64,000 bases of DNA from Candidatus Zixiibacteriota bacterium (GCA_036396115.1 DASWLN010000168.1:3362-67361), one strand, 5' to 3'. Counted from the stretch's first letter, positions 38,401 to 48,536 are shown. Notes: a model not told the origin generated them from the letters alone. Numbers and translations: made by a program.

Positions 38401-39654
38401 TTGGGACGAAAACTCTGCGCGACTCTTCTTGCACTAACCTTATCCCTAATCCCAGCCGCAGGCCGCTCAAGCGATTTTGTCCTAAGTAGTTTTGTTGAAG
38501 CCGGAAGCTGGTCCACAACACAGGACTGCGAAGAGGATCTGGATGAAACTTTCTCCTATCAGTATTATCATCTAAGATTTGAAGAGAAACTATCCACCAA
38601 GTCAAAATACAGCCTCAGCTCCTTTTTATACCATAAAAATTACACTTCCCTCGATTCCCTGGACAATTTGTCCCGCACGCTAAACTTTCTTTGGTCCTAT
38701 GATGCGGTAAAATCAGGCGCCAAGACCTTCAGTTTGGATCTGGCGCTGGGATATCGGGGAAAGCGCTACGAGGACAACAAAGCCTTTGACTATGACAAGG
38801 TGTACATCCTTCCTTCAGCCGTCTTTGTGCTAAAGGACAATTTAAAACTAGATTTCTCCTTTGGAGTGGAAAACTTCAATTACCTGTCAGGCAAAAACAA
38901 AGATGAGTTCAAGCTTTTGGGCGCAATCGGGTGTGAGAGGTTTTTCGAAAAGAAACAGTTGAAGTTGGGCCTGGGTTACAAAATAGAAAATTCAAGTAAA
39001 AGCCGGCAAGGCCGCAAGAAATTAAAACAGGATGTCTCAATAGGGGCTGTGCTCAAGCCCAAAGCCTCACTTTTGTCTGAACTTGCCTTAAAAATGACCT
39101 TTGGCCAAAGGGACACCAAAGACGATGAAGACCAAGACCAAGATTACGATTATTGCTACAGATCCTTCCTCATCCGAACCAAACACAAGCTCAAAAAGAA
39201 AGTAACCTTTGGCTTTGAGTGTGGATACTTTAAGAAAACTTATGTCAGCGCCCTTTTGGGGTACCATTCTTACCACATTGCCAACAATTGGGACTACCAA
39301 ATTCTGGATAACGAAAAGCACAAAGTAACCTTGGGGCTATGGCTTGAACACAAAAGCGTGGATTATATTGGCGGCCAAAGAAGCGACTACCGAAAGGAGA
39401 CTATCAAAACCAAAGTCAACTTCCAGACCAAAAAGGAATGGAAGCTTGGAGCTGGACTAGAAGAGAATTTTTACATATACCAAACACCAGCCAAAGACAA
39501 AAACAGGACTTATTTTGTATTTTCGCTGGAGAAAGCATTTTTCTCAAGGCGTTTTCTTTTGCAGGCTGATTTTAAAACAAGATTTACTGACTACAAATAC
39601 CAAAACGACCAGGAACAGAAGGCAGTTAGATTGGGAATTGAATATAGGTTTTAA
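38401..39654 (+). CDS. Putative outer-membrane beta-barrel protein
   Basis: Signal peptide; alternating hydrophobic/aromatic strands; C-terminal VRLGIEYRF beta-signal. Confidence 0.65.
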   Translation: MGRKLCATLLALTLSLIPAAGRSSDFVLSSFVEAGSWSTTQDCEEDLDETFSYQYYHLRFEEKLSTKSKYSLSSFLYHKNYTSLDSLDNLSRTLNFLWSYDAVKSGAKTFSLDLALGYRGKRYEDNKAFDYDKVYILPSAVFVLKDNLKLDFSFGVENFNYLSGKNKDEFKLLGAIGCERFFEKKQLKLGLGYKIENSSKSRQGRKKLKQDVSIGAVLKPKASLLSELALKMTFGQRDTKDDEDQDQDYDYCYRSFLIRTKHKLKKKVTFGFECGYFKKTYVSALLGYHSYHIANNWDYQILDNEKHKVTLGLWLEHKSVDYIGGQRSDYRKETIKTKVNFQTKKEWKLGAGLEENFYIYQTPAKDKNRTYFVFSLEKAFFSRRFLLQADFKTRFTDYKYQNDQEQKAVRLGIEYRF

Positions 39655-39656
39655 AG

Positions 39657-39870
39657 GTACGGAACAGGCATGGAGCGTTCCGTACAAAAACGGCGACATT
39701 AGAAATTGTGCCCCCGTAGGGACAGGTCGGGTGGAACATCCCGCTAGAAGGTATGATAGGGAGCAGACATGCCGCCGTGGTAATGAACGGGCATGGCGCC
39801 GTAGGGACAGGTCGAGTGGAACATCCCGCTAGAAGCGTGGAACCTGTCCTTACAGAGACGTCAATATCAA
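39657..39870 (+). repeat. Island REP block 1
   Basis: GTAGGGACAGGTCG.GTGGAACATCCCGCT units ending ACAGAGACGTCAATATCA. Confidence 0.85.
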
Positions 39871-39934
39871 ACAATCCCGGTTATTACCGGTTCGTATGAA
39901 TCCGTGGGTACAAAATCCCCAGAGAGAATATTTA

Positions 39935-39963
39935 TTGACATACGAAGCTGGCAAGAGTATATT
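39935..39963 (+). promoter_or_regulatory. Putative sigma70 promoter of the AbiE pair
   Basis: TTGACA-17 nt-TATATT. Confidence 0.6.
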
Positions 39964-40001
39964 ATTTTCAGTTTATCAAAAAGCACCCAACGGGGTTAAA
40001 T

Positions 40002-40775
40002 GTGAAAGAAAAAGTAATAGCAAAAAAGACGCTTTCTATTAAGGAAATAGACCTCATAACGCGTTTGGAATTCTATGGGAAAGAAATCTATACCAAAGGG
40101 GAGATTGTCTCTTTCTGTGGTGGTAGCAAACCCGCGGCATACTTGATAAAGAAGTTGTTGGAAAAAAACAGATTGAGGAAGATTATCAAAAACGTCTATC
40201 TTTTTGTTCCAATGAAGGCTCCAGGTGGCCTCTGGGCTGGGAATGAGTATTTAATTGCCAAAGCTTTGGCAAGAGGAGCTCGCTATTACATAGGATATTC
40301 CGCAGTATTTAATTCCTATGGCTTTACAGATCAAGTTGCGCAAACTATGCATGTTATCAATGATAGATATTCAATGCGTAAAACAGTTTTTGGGGTCAGG
40401 TATAAGTTGATAAAAGTTTTGCCCAACCGGCTTTACGGGTTAGAGACTCGCAAAATAGACAACGAGGATGTTGTTTTCCCGAAAAAGGAACGGGCAATGA
40501 TAGATGTGTTTGAGTTTTATAATGTAAGGAAAGCATACAGCATATTAACCGACCAAATATCTGAACTTAATACGCCCCTTCTTATCAACTATCTGACGCA
40601 ATATCCTGTTCTGGGAGTGCGAAGACGCGTGGGCTATTTTCTCGAAAAACTGAGGATCAATAGAGACCTTTTGAGTAAAATAAAAGTTGGCGAAAAAGGA
40701 TACTCCCCCTTATACGACATAGGCTCAAATCAAGGAAAGATCAATAATCGATGGAGAATTGTTATCAATGGATAG
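40002..40775 (+). CDS. Type IV TA AbiEi-like antitoxin / transcriptional regulator
   Basis: N-terminal wHTH, YYIGYSA..YGFTDQV, ERAMID, RRVGYFLE, RWRIVIN; overlaps the AbiEii gene. Confidence 0.8.
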   Translation: MKEKVIAKKTLSIKEIDLITRLEFYGKEIYTKGEIVSFCGGSKPAAYLIKKLLEKNRLRKIIKNVYLFVPMKAPGGLWAGNEYLIAKALARGARYYIGYSAVFNSYGFTDQVAQTMHVINDRYSMRKTVFGVRYKLIKVLPNRLYGLETRKIDNEDVVFPKKERAMIDVFEFYNVRKAYSILTDQISELNTPLLINYLTQYPVLGVRRRVGYFLEKLRINRDLLSKIKVGEKGYSPLYDIGSNQGKINNRWRIVING

Positions 40776-41631
40776 GGACAAGCTGGCGAGAATAATACCT
40801 GTCATTGCGCAAGAATATAACTTCAGATTGGAAATCATTGAGAAAGACTTTTATTTGACCCTCATTTTGAATAGTGTTGAGTCGCATTTAAGCGACAAAA
40901 TCGTCTTCAAGGGCGGAACGCTCTTAAATAAAATTCATCTTAATTATCACAGACTGAGCGAGGATATCGATTTTACATACCTTAGTCCGGATGGCTTAGA
41001 CACCCGCTCGAAAAGATCACATGCTTTGGCCCCGATAAGAGAGAAGATGCCCGAACTGTTGAAGCTTTTGGACCTGAAAAGCGAAAAACCCGAAGGGCAA
41101 GGTTTTAATAACTCCACTCAATATGTATTCAACATTTCCTACCCTTCTTTGATTTCCGGAAAGGACGAAAACATACAGTTAGAAATTTCATTAAGACAAA
41201 CGCCTATAGATAAGCCCGTGCATAATGTCATCGCACATTTTTATAAGGATCCTTTTACGGGTGAGGATTTAATTCCCAAGAATAAGATACTCTCGCTTTC
41301 TTTAAATGAAGCGGTTGCGGAGAAACTCAAAGCTTCAATAACAAGGAAAGATGCAGCTATCCGCGATTACTATGACTTATGGTATATATCGGAGACCAAA
41401 TTCGACTTTGAAGATAAAAAGTTCCTTTACATATTCAAGAAGAAGCTTGAATCCGAGAAATACAGAGCCAATTATTCATATAATTTCGGCTTGGATCAAA
41501 AAAAGGTTGAATTGCTTCATAAGCAAATAGAGACGGAATTAATACCTGTTATTCATGTAGGTGAAAGTTTTGATCTTGATAAAGTTTTCAGGCGGTTTAA
41601 TAGGATCTTGCAGAAAATATGGCGTGCGTGA
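40768..41631 (+). CDS. AbiEii-family nucleotidyltransferase toxin
   Basis: IEKDFYL, FKGGT, RLSEDIDF, AEKLKA, RDYYDL. Confidence 0.92.
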   Translation: MDRDKLARIIPVIAQEYNFRLEIIEKDFYLTLILNSVESHLSDKIVFKGGTLLNKIHLNYHRLSEDIDFTYLSPDGLDTRSKRSHALAPIREKMPELLKLLDLKSEKPEGQGFNNSTQYVFNISYPSLISGKDENIQLEISLRQTPIDKPVHNVIAHFYKDPFTGEDLIPKNKILSLSLNEAVAEKLKASITRKDAAIRDYYDLWYISETKFDFEDKKFLYIFKKKLESEKYRANYSYNFGLDQKKVELLHKQIETELIPVIHVGESFDLDKVFRRFNRILQKIWRA

Positions 41632-41647
41632 TATCCGTAAAAAGATA

Positions 41648-41776
41648 GTAGGGAACGGTCGCGTGGAACATCCCGCTAAAAGCGTGGAACCTGTCCCTAC
41701 AAAAACGGTGACATTAGAAATTGTGCCCCCGTAGGGACAGGTCGCGACCTGTCCTTAACAGAGACACCAATATCAC
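41648..41776 (+). repeat. Island REP block 2
   Basis: Same units as block 1, including AAAAACGG.GACATTAGAAATTGTGCCCCCGTAGG and ACAGAGACACCAATATCA. Confidence 0.88.
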
Positions 41777-41965
41777 AAGTTGTTTGGCCTCGAGTTGGGA
41801 GAATTGAGTTGACAGAGCAATGAATTTGGAGCATATAAATAGGGTAGGTAAGATTGGTAAGACAGCTTATCCGCGAGCAAAGCAAATTCGCGCAACGAAG
41901 ATAGGACGATGGTGGGTTAAGCCTGAGGATTTAGAAAGTTTTATTAAAAGCAGGAGCAACATTCA

Positions 41966-42412
41966 ATGATGAAAATGACAAAAATTAGAGACAAATTAGA
42001 TTTAATTAGAGGGGAAATTATTTCATCTACAGCAAGAGTTGAATTTATTCTGGGCTATAAGTTAAGAAAATATTTTTTCCCCAAGGCCAATAATAAAGCA
42101 ACGATTCTTTTCTGGAACGTTATTAATACTCCTTTCCTTAATTTTGATAATAAAATTAGTCTTTATGAATCAATCCCGTATTTTAAAAAATTAAAAGGTC
42201 ATTCAGAGATTAAGAAATCTTTAAGGTTTATCCAAAAATTGAGAAATAAAATGGCTCATTGGGAACTGGATGAAAAGGAAAGCGACTTGAAGAATATTGT
42301 TATGTTTACATTGGTCGGGAAATATAGAAAAATAACAATTAATGATAGTTCAATTGAAGATTATAGGAAGCATGTTAATTTTCTTCTAAACAAATTTGGT
42401 TATAGTAGATGA
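41966..42412 (+). CDS. AT-rich hypothetical protein with HEPN-like RX4H motif
   Basis: LRNKMAHW; helical; AGGAG RBS. Confidence 0.6.
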   Translation: MMKMTKIRDKLDLIRGEIISSTARVEFILGYKLRKYFFPKANNKATILFWNVINTPFLNFDNKISLYESIPYFKKLKGHSEIKKSLRFIQKLRNKMAHWELDEKESDLKNIVMFTLVGKYRKITINDSSIEDYRKHVNFLLNKFGYSR

Positions 42413-42526
42413 ATTTATCAGGCTTCGGTACTTGGATGCATTCATTAAGGCAAGGACAAATAAGTGAGAAAGATTTATTAATTCTGTTGAATCACATGCA
42501 TTGGGAGAGAATATAGATGCTGACAG

Positions 42527-45355
42527 ATGGAACGTTGTATGGATAAAGGTGCGCATTTTTACAGGTGTGATTTTCAAGTTCACACTCCGCGTGATCTAAA
42601 TTGGGCTGGTCCCGAGGCCGTTACACCCGAAGAAAGAAAGACATATGCGGAAGAACTGATTTTGGTTTGTCGATCCAAAGGTCTCGATGCAATCGCGATC
42701 ACGGATCATCATGACTTCGCCTTCTTCCCATACATCAAACAAGCGGCTAAAGATGAGCTTGACGACAACGGTCAACGGGTTTCTGCACACAAAAGGATCG
42801 TTGTCTTTCCTGGCATTGAAGTTACTTTAACTGCTCCGAATTGCCAAGCGTTACTTATCCTCGACGCAGACTTCCCGGAGAATCTCCTTCCAAGCGTTTT
42901 AACCGCACTGGCCATCACACCTGCGCCGGCAGAACATTCAAAGCACGCGGATGTACAGCGAATTCCCCAGAATGTTGTTAGCGATCTGACGGATTTATAT
43001 CAAAAACTGAATAGTCACCAGCAACTGAAGAATCGGTTTATCGTTTTACCTAATGTGAGCGAAACCGGATGCGGCACAATGCTACGATCCGGATTTGGTA
43101 ATTTCTATAAATCAATGCCATGCGTTGGTGGCTACACGGACGGCCCAGTGTCGCAATTTGGTACCGGGAACTTATCGATTGTTCGAGGAGAAAATCGAGA
43201 GTACGGTTTTAAGGCGATCGGAATCTTTCAAACATCTGATAATAGAAAACGCAATCACGAAGACCTCGGCAAATACACCACATGGGTTAAGTGGTCTGAG
43301 CCAACAGCGGAGGCCTTAAGACAGGCGTGTTTAGCAAAAGAATCAAGGATATCGCAAGAAGTTCCTTTGTTACCACCGGTATTCGTGACGTCAATTGATG
43401 TTTCTAACAGTAAATTCATGGGACAAATTTATCTGGAATTTAGCCAGCAATACAACGCCATAATCGGTGGTCGTGGAACTGGAAAATCAACAATCTTAGA
43501 ATATCTTAGATGGGGTTTGTGCGATCAGGTTTCAGAAATTGTACAAGATGAGGGAGAAATTCCTGGGTATCAGGAAAAAAGAAGGAAGCTTATAGAAAAG
43601 ACCCTGCTTCCGTTTGATTCTACGGTTCAGATTTCATTTGTCAAAAACAACGTTCCCCACATCCTTAGAAGAAAATCCGGAACGAACGAGATGTCTCTAA
43701 AAATTGGATCGGGGGAATTTCAACCTTGTGGTGAGGAGGATGTTAGAAACTTGCTCGCAATCCAAGCCTACAGCCAAAAGCAATTAAGCAGTGTCGGTGT
43801 CAGCATTGAGGAATTGAAAAGGCTGATTTATAGCCCCATCAGGCAAACGCTTAACGAGTTTGATTTAAAATTTGAGAAATTGCGCTCCGATATCAGAAGT
43901 TGCTATGAACTATGGCAGCAAAAAAAATTGATCGCATCTGAAATTGAGAAGGGCGAGCTTGAGCTTAAGTCATTGACTGAGCAAGTGGAAGGTCTCCGAC
44001 AAGGGCTAAAAGGAATCTCTGATCAAGATAAGGCTACAATTGCCTCCCATAAGCAATATGAAATTGTTGAGCAACATGTTGACGGTTGGCACGGAGAACT
44101 GGCGACGGCAAGAGAGGCATTAGAAACCATCAAAAGAGAACTCGCCGAGTATCCCACGACCGTACCTGATGATGTCAAATTGCCTGACACTGAGCTCATA
44201 GTTGTTACGGATATTCAGAAGACACTCAAAGACATTTTTGATGAGATTAACGCGACAGTTGATTCTTTGGGTGACAGATTAAATCCTAAGGGAGAGGTTC
44301 TGACCAAGTTAAACGATTTGATAGATAGTTGGAAAGGTGCTCTCAATCAACATAAGCGACAATATGAATCCGCAAAGCAAAAATCAACTTCACAGGAATC
44401 GACCTTAAAGCAAATCCAGATAATCGAAGATAGGGTTAAAGAAATAAGAAGATCTTTAACGGAAAGAAAGCAAGCCATGCTAAAAACAGGAGATCCCGAC
44501 ACAAAATTTAACGTCCTTAAAGAAGAGTGGTTTAACGCCCATAAGGAAAAGGCTGATTTGTTTCAAGCCCAAAGTGAGAAGTTGAATGAATTATCTGATG
44601 ATAATTTAAAAGCAACTCTAGGCAGAGGAAAGGGCACGGTAAACCTAGAAAACGTGCTAAAGGAGATAATCTCAGGTTCAAACGTGAGGAAGGAGAAAAT
44701 AGAATCTTTGTGCCAGAGAATTAAAGAGGCGACGGATCCTATTCAACAATGGAATCAAATCTTGGCCGAGTTTGAAGCAATTGCTCACTTCGATCCAACC
44801 AAAACCCCCGCCGCGACTTTACCGGCAACACCGATTTTAAGCTCTATCGGTTTTAGTGCAAACGATCTACGCAAAATAGCAGAGAAAATAAATAGCGAAA
44901 ACTGGATTGATCTATTTCTTGTTCAGTTGGACGATCTGCCTTTGTTTGAGTATCGTACTCGTGAAGGTGAGTATATAGAATTCACAGATGCTTCTGCCGG
45001 TCAACAGGCAACGTCTCTAATGAGGGTTTTATTAAATCAAGAAGGGCCTCCTCTTATAATTGATCAGCCGGAGGATGACTTGGATAATCGGATGGTTTCG
45101 GATATTGCGACTTTAATTTGGAAATCCAAGAAAACGAGGCAGTTAATATTCACAAGCCACAATGCAAACATTGTGGTTAATGGCGATGCAGAGTTGGTTG
45201 TCTGTTGCGGATACAAGGTTACGGGTGATCAATCAAAGGGTGAAATTAAGAATCAGGGAGCAATTGATATTGAGGAGATACGAGAGGAAATTATAGAGGT
45301 TATGGAGGGCGGCGAGGCAGCATTTAAGCTTCGCAAAGAAAAGTTTGGATTTTGA
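42527..45355 (+). CDS. PHP-domain + SMC/ABC-type ATPase fusion (TrlF/Ppl-like defence protein)
   Basis: DFQVHTP and AITDHHD (PHP); GGRGTGKS Walker A; coiled coil; ASAGQQ; LIIDQPEDDLD; FTSHNAN. Confidence 0.88.
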   Translation: MERCMDKGAHFYRCDFQVHTPRDLNWAGPEAVTPEERKTYAEELILVCRSKGLDAIAITDHHDFAFFPYIKQAAKDELDDNGQRVSAHKRIVVFPGIEVTLTAPNCQALLILDADFPENLLPSVLTALAITPAPAEHSKHADVQRIPQNVVSDLTDLYQKLNSHQQLKNRFIVLPNVSETGCGTMLRSGFGNFYKSMPCVGGYTDGPVSQFGTGNLSIVRGENREYGFKAIGIFQTSDNRKRNHEDLGKYTTWVKWSEPTAEALRQACLAKESRISQEVPLLPPVFVTSIDVSNSKFMGQIYLEFSQQYNAIIGGRGTGKSTILEYLRWGLCDQVSEIVQDEGEIPGYQEKRRKLIEKTLLPFDSTVQISFVKNNVPHILRRKSGTNEMSLKIGSGEFQPCGEEDVRNLLAIQAYSQKQLSSVGVSIEELKRLIYSPIRQTLNEFDLKFEKLRSDIRSCYELWQQKKLIASEIEKGELELKSLTEQVEGLRQGLKGISDQDKATIASHKQYEIVEQHVDGWHGELATAREALETIKRELAEYPTTVPDDVKLPDTELIVVTDIQKTLKDIFDEINATVDSLGDRLNPKGEVLTKLNDLIDSWKGALNQHKRQYESAKQKSTSQESTLKQIQIIEDRVKEIRRSLTERKQAMLKTGDPDTKFNVLKEEWFNAHKEKADLFQAQSEKLNELSDDNLKATLGRGKGTVNLENVLKEIISGSNVRKEKIESLCQRIKEATDPIQQWNQILAEFEAIAHFDPTKTPAATLPATPILSSIGFSANDLRKIAEKINSENWIDLFLVQLDDLPLFEYRTREGEYIEFTDASAGQQATSLMRVLLNQEGPPLIIDQPEDDLDNRMVSDIATLIWKSKKTRQLIFTSHNANIVVNGDAELVVCCGYKVTGDQSKGEIKNQGAIDIEEIREEIIEVMEGGEAAFKLRKEKFGF

Positions 45356-45405
45356 TAGGTGGGAAAAATTATTAAGGCTTTATTCAATTAAACAGTAGGT
45401 AAAAA

Positions 45406-45720
45406 ATGGCGATGAAGAAATCTGAACTTTACAGCTCTCTTTGGAAAAGCTGCGATGAATTAAGAGGCGGGATGGACGCCTCACAGTATAAAGACTATGT
45501 GTTGGTTTTGTTGTTTGTCAAATACATCTCTGATAAATATGCTGGCGTGACTTACGCCCCGATCACTATTCCTCAAGGTTCAGGCTTCAAGGATATGGTG
45601 GCACTCAAGGATAAGGCGACTATTGGCGACGACATCAACAAAAGAATTATCCAAAAAATTGAAGAGGCAAATCCATCGCTTGGAAATATTGCCGTTGATT
45701 TTAACGATCCAGCAAAATTA
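45406..45720 (+). pseudogene. hsdM: Truncated type I restriction-modification subunit M (N-terminal ~105 aa)
   Basis: KKSELYSSLWKSCDELRGGMDASQYKDYVL...DFNDPAKL, then the sequence switches to REP block 3. Confidence 0.88.
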
Positions 45721-45721
45721 G

Positions 45722-45810
45722 ACAGGTGGCCCACAGCTCTGCTGTGGGACAATTGCGGAACGGTCTCGTGGAACATCCCGCTAGTGGCGTGGAACCTGTC
45801 CTTACAGAGA
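45722..45810 (+). repeat. Island REP block 3
   Basis: CAGGTGGCCCACAGC.CTGCTGTGG plus GGAACGGTCTCGTGGAACATCCCGCT..GCGTGGAACCTGTCCTTACAGAGA. Confidence 0.88.
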
Positions 45811-45812
45811 TG

Positions 45813-45842
45813 TTGACAGAGCAAGCGGGATTGTTCTATAAT
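45813..45842 (+). promoter_or_regulatory. Putative sigma70 promoter of the RM locus
   Basis: TTGACA-18 nt-TATAAT directly after REP block 3. Confidence 0.65.
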
Positions 45843-45908
45843 ATAGAACAGTTGTATGATATGAGCGAACTTGATCTATTATAATTTCAAGAATTTTGGG
45901 TAGGGTCA

Positions 45909-46817
45909 ATGATTATTGCAGAACGACAAGTTAAACCTTTTCTCAAATGGGCCGGCGGTAAAGGTCAGCTTATCGAACAAGTTGTTTCATACTTACCCTC
46001 TTCTCTAAAGGAAGGAAGAATAAAGAAATACTTTGAACCTTTTTTGGGCGGTGGGGCTCTTTTCTTCTGGTTGGCCAAACAATACGAGTTCAGGTCGTCT
46101 TACTTGTACGAAATTAATCCCGCAGTATGTCTTTGTTATCAAGTCATCAAAAAGAATGTGAGAAAGCTGGTTAAGGAATTACAGCAGTTGGAATTAGAAT
46201 ACTTTTCGTCTACTGAAAATAGAAAAGAACAAATTTACTACGATAGACGAGAAGAATTTAATGCGTTTTTACACGGGAAGGCATCCAATGGCGTTGTCCA
46301 TCGAACTGCCCTGTTAATATTTCTTAATAAAACGTGTTATAATGGGCTCTATCGCGTGAATTCACAAGGCGAATTTAATGTTCCCTTCGGACGATATAAG
46401 AAACCTACGATTTGCGACGAAGACAATCTTCATGCTGTTAGTGAATTACTGCAAAAGGCAGAGATCGTTTGTGGGGATTTTGCGCTATGTTTGGACTATG
46501 CGGACGACAAATCTTTTGTTTACTTTGATCCGCCATATCGACCCATATCTTCGACGTCAAGCTTTACGAGTTATTCAAAGGGTGTTTTTGATGATGCCGA
46601 GCAGAAACGCTTAAGAAAGGTTTATGGTTCGCTCGATAAGAAAGGTGCTTGCATAATGCTAAGCAATTCTGACCCAAAGAACATGAACCCCGAAGATAAT
46701 TTCTTTGATGAATTGTATAACAGATATCGTATTGTAAGGTTGAATGCAACAAGACTTATCAATTGCAACGCCAACCAAAGGGGCGTTATCACCGAGATAT
46801 TAGTGATGAACTATTAA
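45909..46817 (+). CDS. Dam-family (D12 class) DNA adenine methyltransferase
   Basis: PFLKWAGGK, EPFLGGG, YNGLYRVN, YFDPPY, MLSNSD. Confidence 0.93.
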   Translation: MIIAERQVKPFLKWAGGKGQLIEQVVSYLPSSLKEGRIKKYFEPFLGGGALFFWLAKQYEFRSSYLYEINPAVCLCYQVIKKNVRKLVKELQQLELEYFSSTENRKEQIYYDRREEFNAFLHGKASNGVVHRTALLIFLNKTCYNGLYRVNSQGEFNVPFGRYKKPTICDEDNLHAVSELLQKAEIVCGDFALCLDYADDKSFVYFDPPYRPISSTSSFTSYSKGVFDDAEQKRLRKVYGSLDKKGACIMLSNSDPKNMNPEDNFFDELYNRYRIVRLNATRLINCNANQRGVITEILVMNY

Positions 46818-46826
46818 AAAGGATGT

Positions 46827-47600
46827 ATGATGGCGAATAGCAAATCTTGGAAGAAAATTGTTGACGACTATGAAATCTTAGGGCACGACTTTGACAAATC
46901 GCCGTTTGTGCTTTCTGCAAATCAAATAAAGAGAGCATGTCAGGAATTTAAAGAAACCGGCGAGAAAGAGGTTCGTATTTTGTGCAAACAGGATAATCGT
47001 GAAGACCGACCAGACGTCTTCATTGAAAATGGTCTTTTCCTGCTACCTGTCAGAAATGGCCTCTACAATATCATTAAAGGAGAGGGATATGTTGATATTC
47101 CGGAAATAAAGAAAGAGACTGCTATTTATTCTTCAATGCTTGATTTTAAATTAGAGACAACAGAAGTTGGGAACTCTGAAATGCAACATCTTGATTATGC
47201 TTATGCTAGCAGTCTAATACGCACATTCATGGACGATTCGTCGCTTGTATTGACAATAAGGGGAAGAAAGTACACGCCGGAATTCGAATTTTCTATTGGA
47301 AAGCATCAGATTAAAGTAGCAAGCGTACAAACTGAAGTTGACGCTGGTTATGAGGGGAAAAATCAGGTTGTTTTGATTGAGGCAAAAAATTTCAGTGCAA
47401 CAAACATTATTATTCGGCAACTTTACTATCCCTTTAGACAATGGCAGGCGCGAACGAAGAAAAAAGTAGTCACTTTATTTTTTGATAAAAACCCTGGCGA
47501 TAATTCTTATTCAATTTGGCATTTTGAATTTACAGATTCCCAGAACTATAACAGCATTCGGTTAGTAAAATCTGGTAAATATAGAATCATAGAAAAATAA
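46827..47600 (+). CDS. Putative type II restriction endonuclease (PD-(D/E)xK)
   Basis: QTEVDAGYEG...LIEAKN, IIRQLYYPFR; lies between two methyltransferases. Confidence 0.75.
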   Translation: MMANSKSWKKIVDDYEILGHDFDKSPFVLSANQIKRACQEFKETGEKEVRILCKQDNREDRPDVFIENGLFLLPVRNGLYNIIKGEGYVDIPEIKKETAIYSSMLDFKLETTEVGNSEMQHLDYAYASSLIRTFMDDSSLVLTIRGRKYTPEFEFSIGKHQIKVASVQTEVDAGYEGKNQVVLIEAKNFSATNIIIRQLYYPFRQWQARTKKKVVTLFFDKNPGDNSYSIWHFEFTDSQNYNSIRLVKSGKYRIIEK

Positions 47601-47617
47601 ATGAGTCATTAAGCGCA

Positions 47618-48406
47618 ATGGATAAGAAAAATACTGATGAAAGATTGGAACCTCAAACAACTACCGTCTGGTCATTTCCAAATCGTGGTAAGTGGCTGTC
47701 GCATAACGCCAAGTATCGCGGCAACTGGGCACCACAGATTCCCAACAATCTAATTCAACTTTATTCTAAGGAAGGCGATATCGTTTTAGATCCTATGGTG
47801 GGAAGTGGGACGACAATGATTGAGGCCAAGTCTCTTGGTCGCAAAGGTCTTGCTTTTGACATTCACCCCGAAGTTGTCAAGTTGGCGCAGGATGCTTGCA
47901 TGTTTTCGTCGGAACAGAAGCATTTCGAGCCAGCTATTGAACAAGGGGACGCGCGGAATTTGAAATCACTGAAAGATCATAGCGTCGATTTCATCGCAAC
48001 GCACCCGCCCTATCTGAATATCATCAAATACGGAAGAAAGGACGTTGACGGTGACCTCTCTGCTATAAGCAGCCTCAAGAAATTCTGCGATGAAATTGAA
48101 AAGGTTGCTGGAGAATGTTATCGTATTCTAAAACCCGGAAAATTCTGTGCTATTCTGATTGGTGATACGCGTCGAAAGCGGCATTATGTTCCTCTTGCCT
48201 TTTCGGTCATGCAACGCTTTCTGAAGCCAGGATTTGTATTGAAAGAAGACGTTATTAAGATTCAACACAACTGTGCGACGACCAGATACTGGAATGCACA
48301 AATAAAGGACTTCTTGCTCATTATGCACGAACATTTATTTGTTTTTCGCAAGCCAGACGTTGATGAGGACAAATTTCTTTATAAGGATAGCATCTATAAT
48401 GTTTAG
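47618..48406 (+). CDS. Amino-DNA methyltransferase (N4-C/N6-A)
   Basis: YRGNWAPQIP, VLDPMVGSGTT (motif I), ATHPPY (motif IV). Confidence 0.88.
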   Translation: MDKKNTDERLEPQTTTVWSFPNRGKWLSHNAKYRGNWAPQIPNNLIQLYSKEGDIVLDPMVGSGTTMIEAKSLGRKGLAFDIHPEVVKLAQDACMFSSEQKHFEPAIEQGDARNLKSLKDHSVDFIATHPPYLNIIKYGRKDVDGDLSAISSLKKFCDEIEKVAGECYRILKPGKFCAILIGDTRRKRHYVPLAFSVMQRFLKPGFVLKEDVIKIQHNCATTRYWNAQIKDFLLIMHEHLFVFRKPDVDEDKFLYKDSIYNV

Positions 48407-48412
48407 GTAAAG

Positions 48413-48438
48413 GCAGGTGGCCCACAGCCCTGCTGTGG
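48413..48438 (+). repeat. Island REP block 4 (short leader hairpin only)
   Basis: GCAGGTGGCCCACAGCCCTGCTGTGG, also at ~45722 and 51098. Confidence 0.8.
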
Positions 48439-48536
48439 AAGAATTTCAATAAGACCCAAGAATTGTTTGTAGTTCACACATAGAATTGGTATAAATATAG
48501 ATAGCTCCAAGTTCCCTCTAAGACAAGGAGGCTTTT

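Noticed and set aside
41655-41670. CGTGGAACA in island REPs as parS sites
   Set aside because: Only a half-site; the left arm does not match and it is part of the repeat unit
45721-45816. C-terminal 31 aa of the 136-aa ORF 45406..45816
   Set aside because: Read-through into REP block 3, not HsdM sequence
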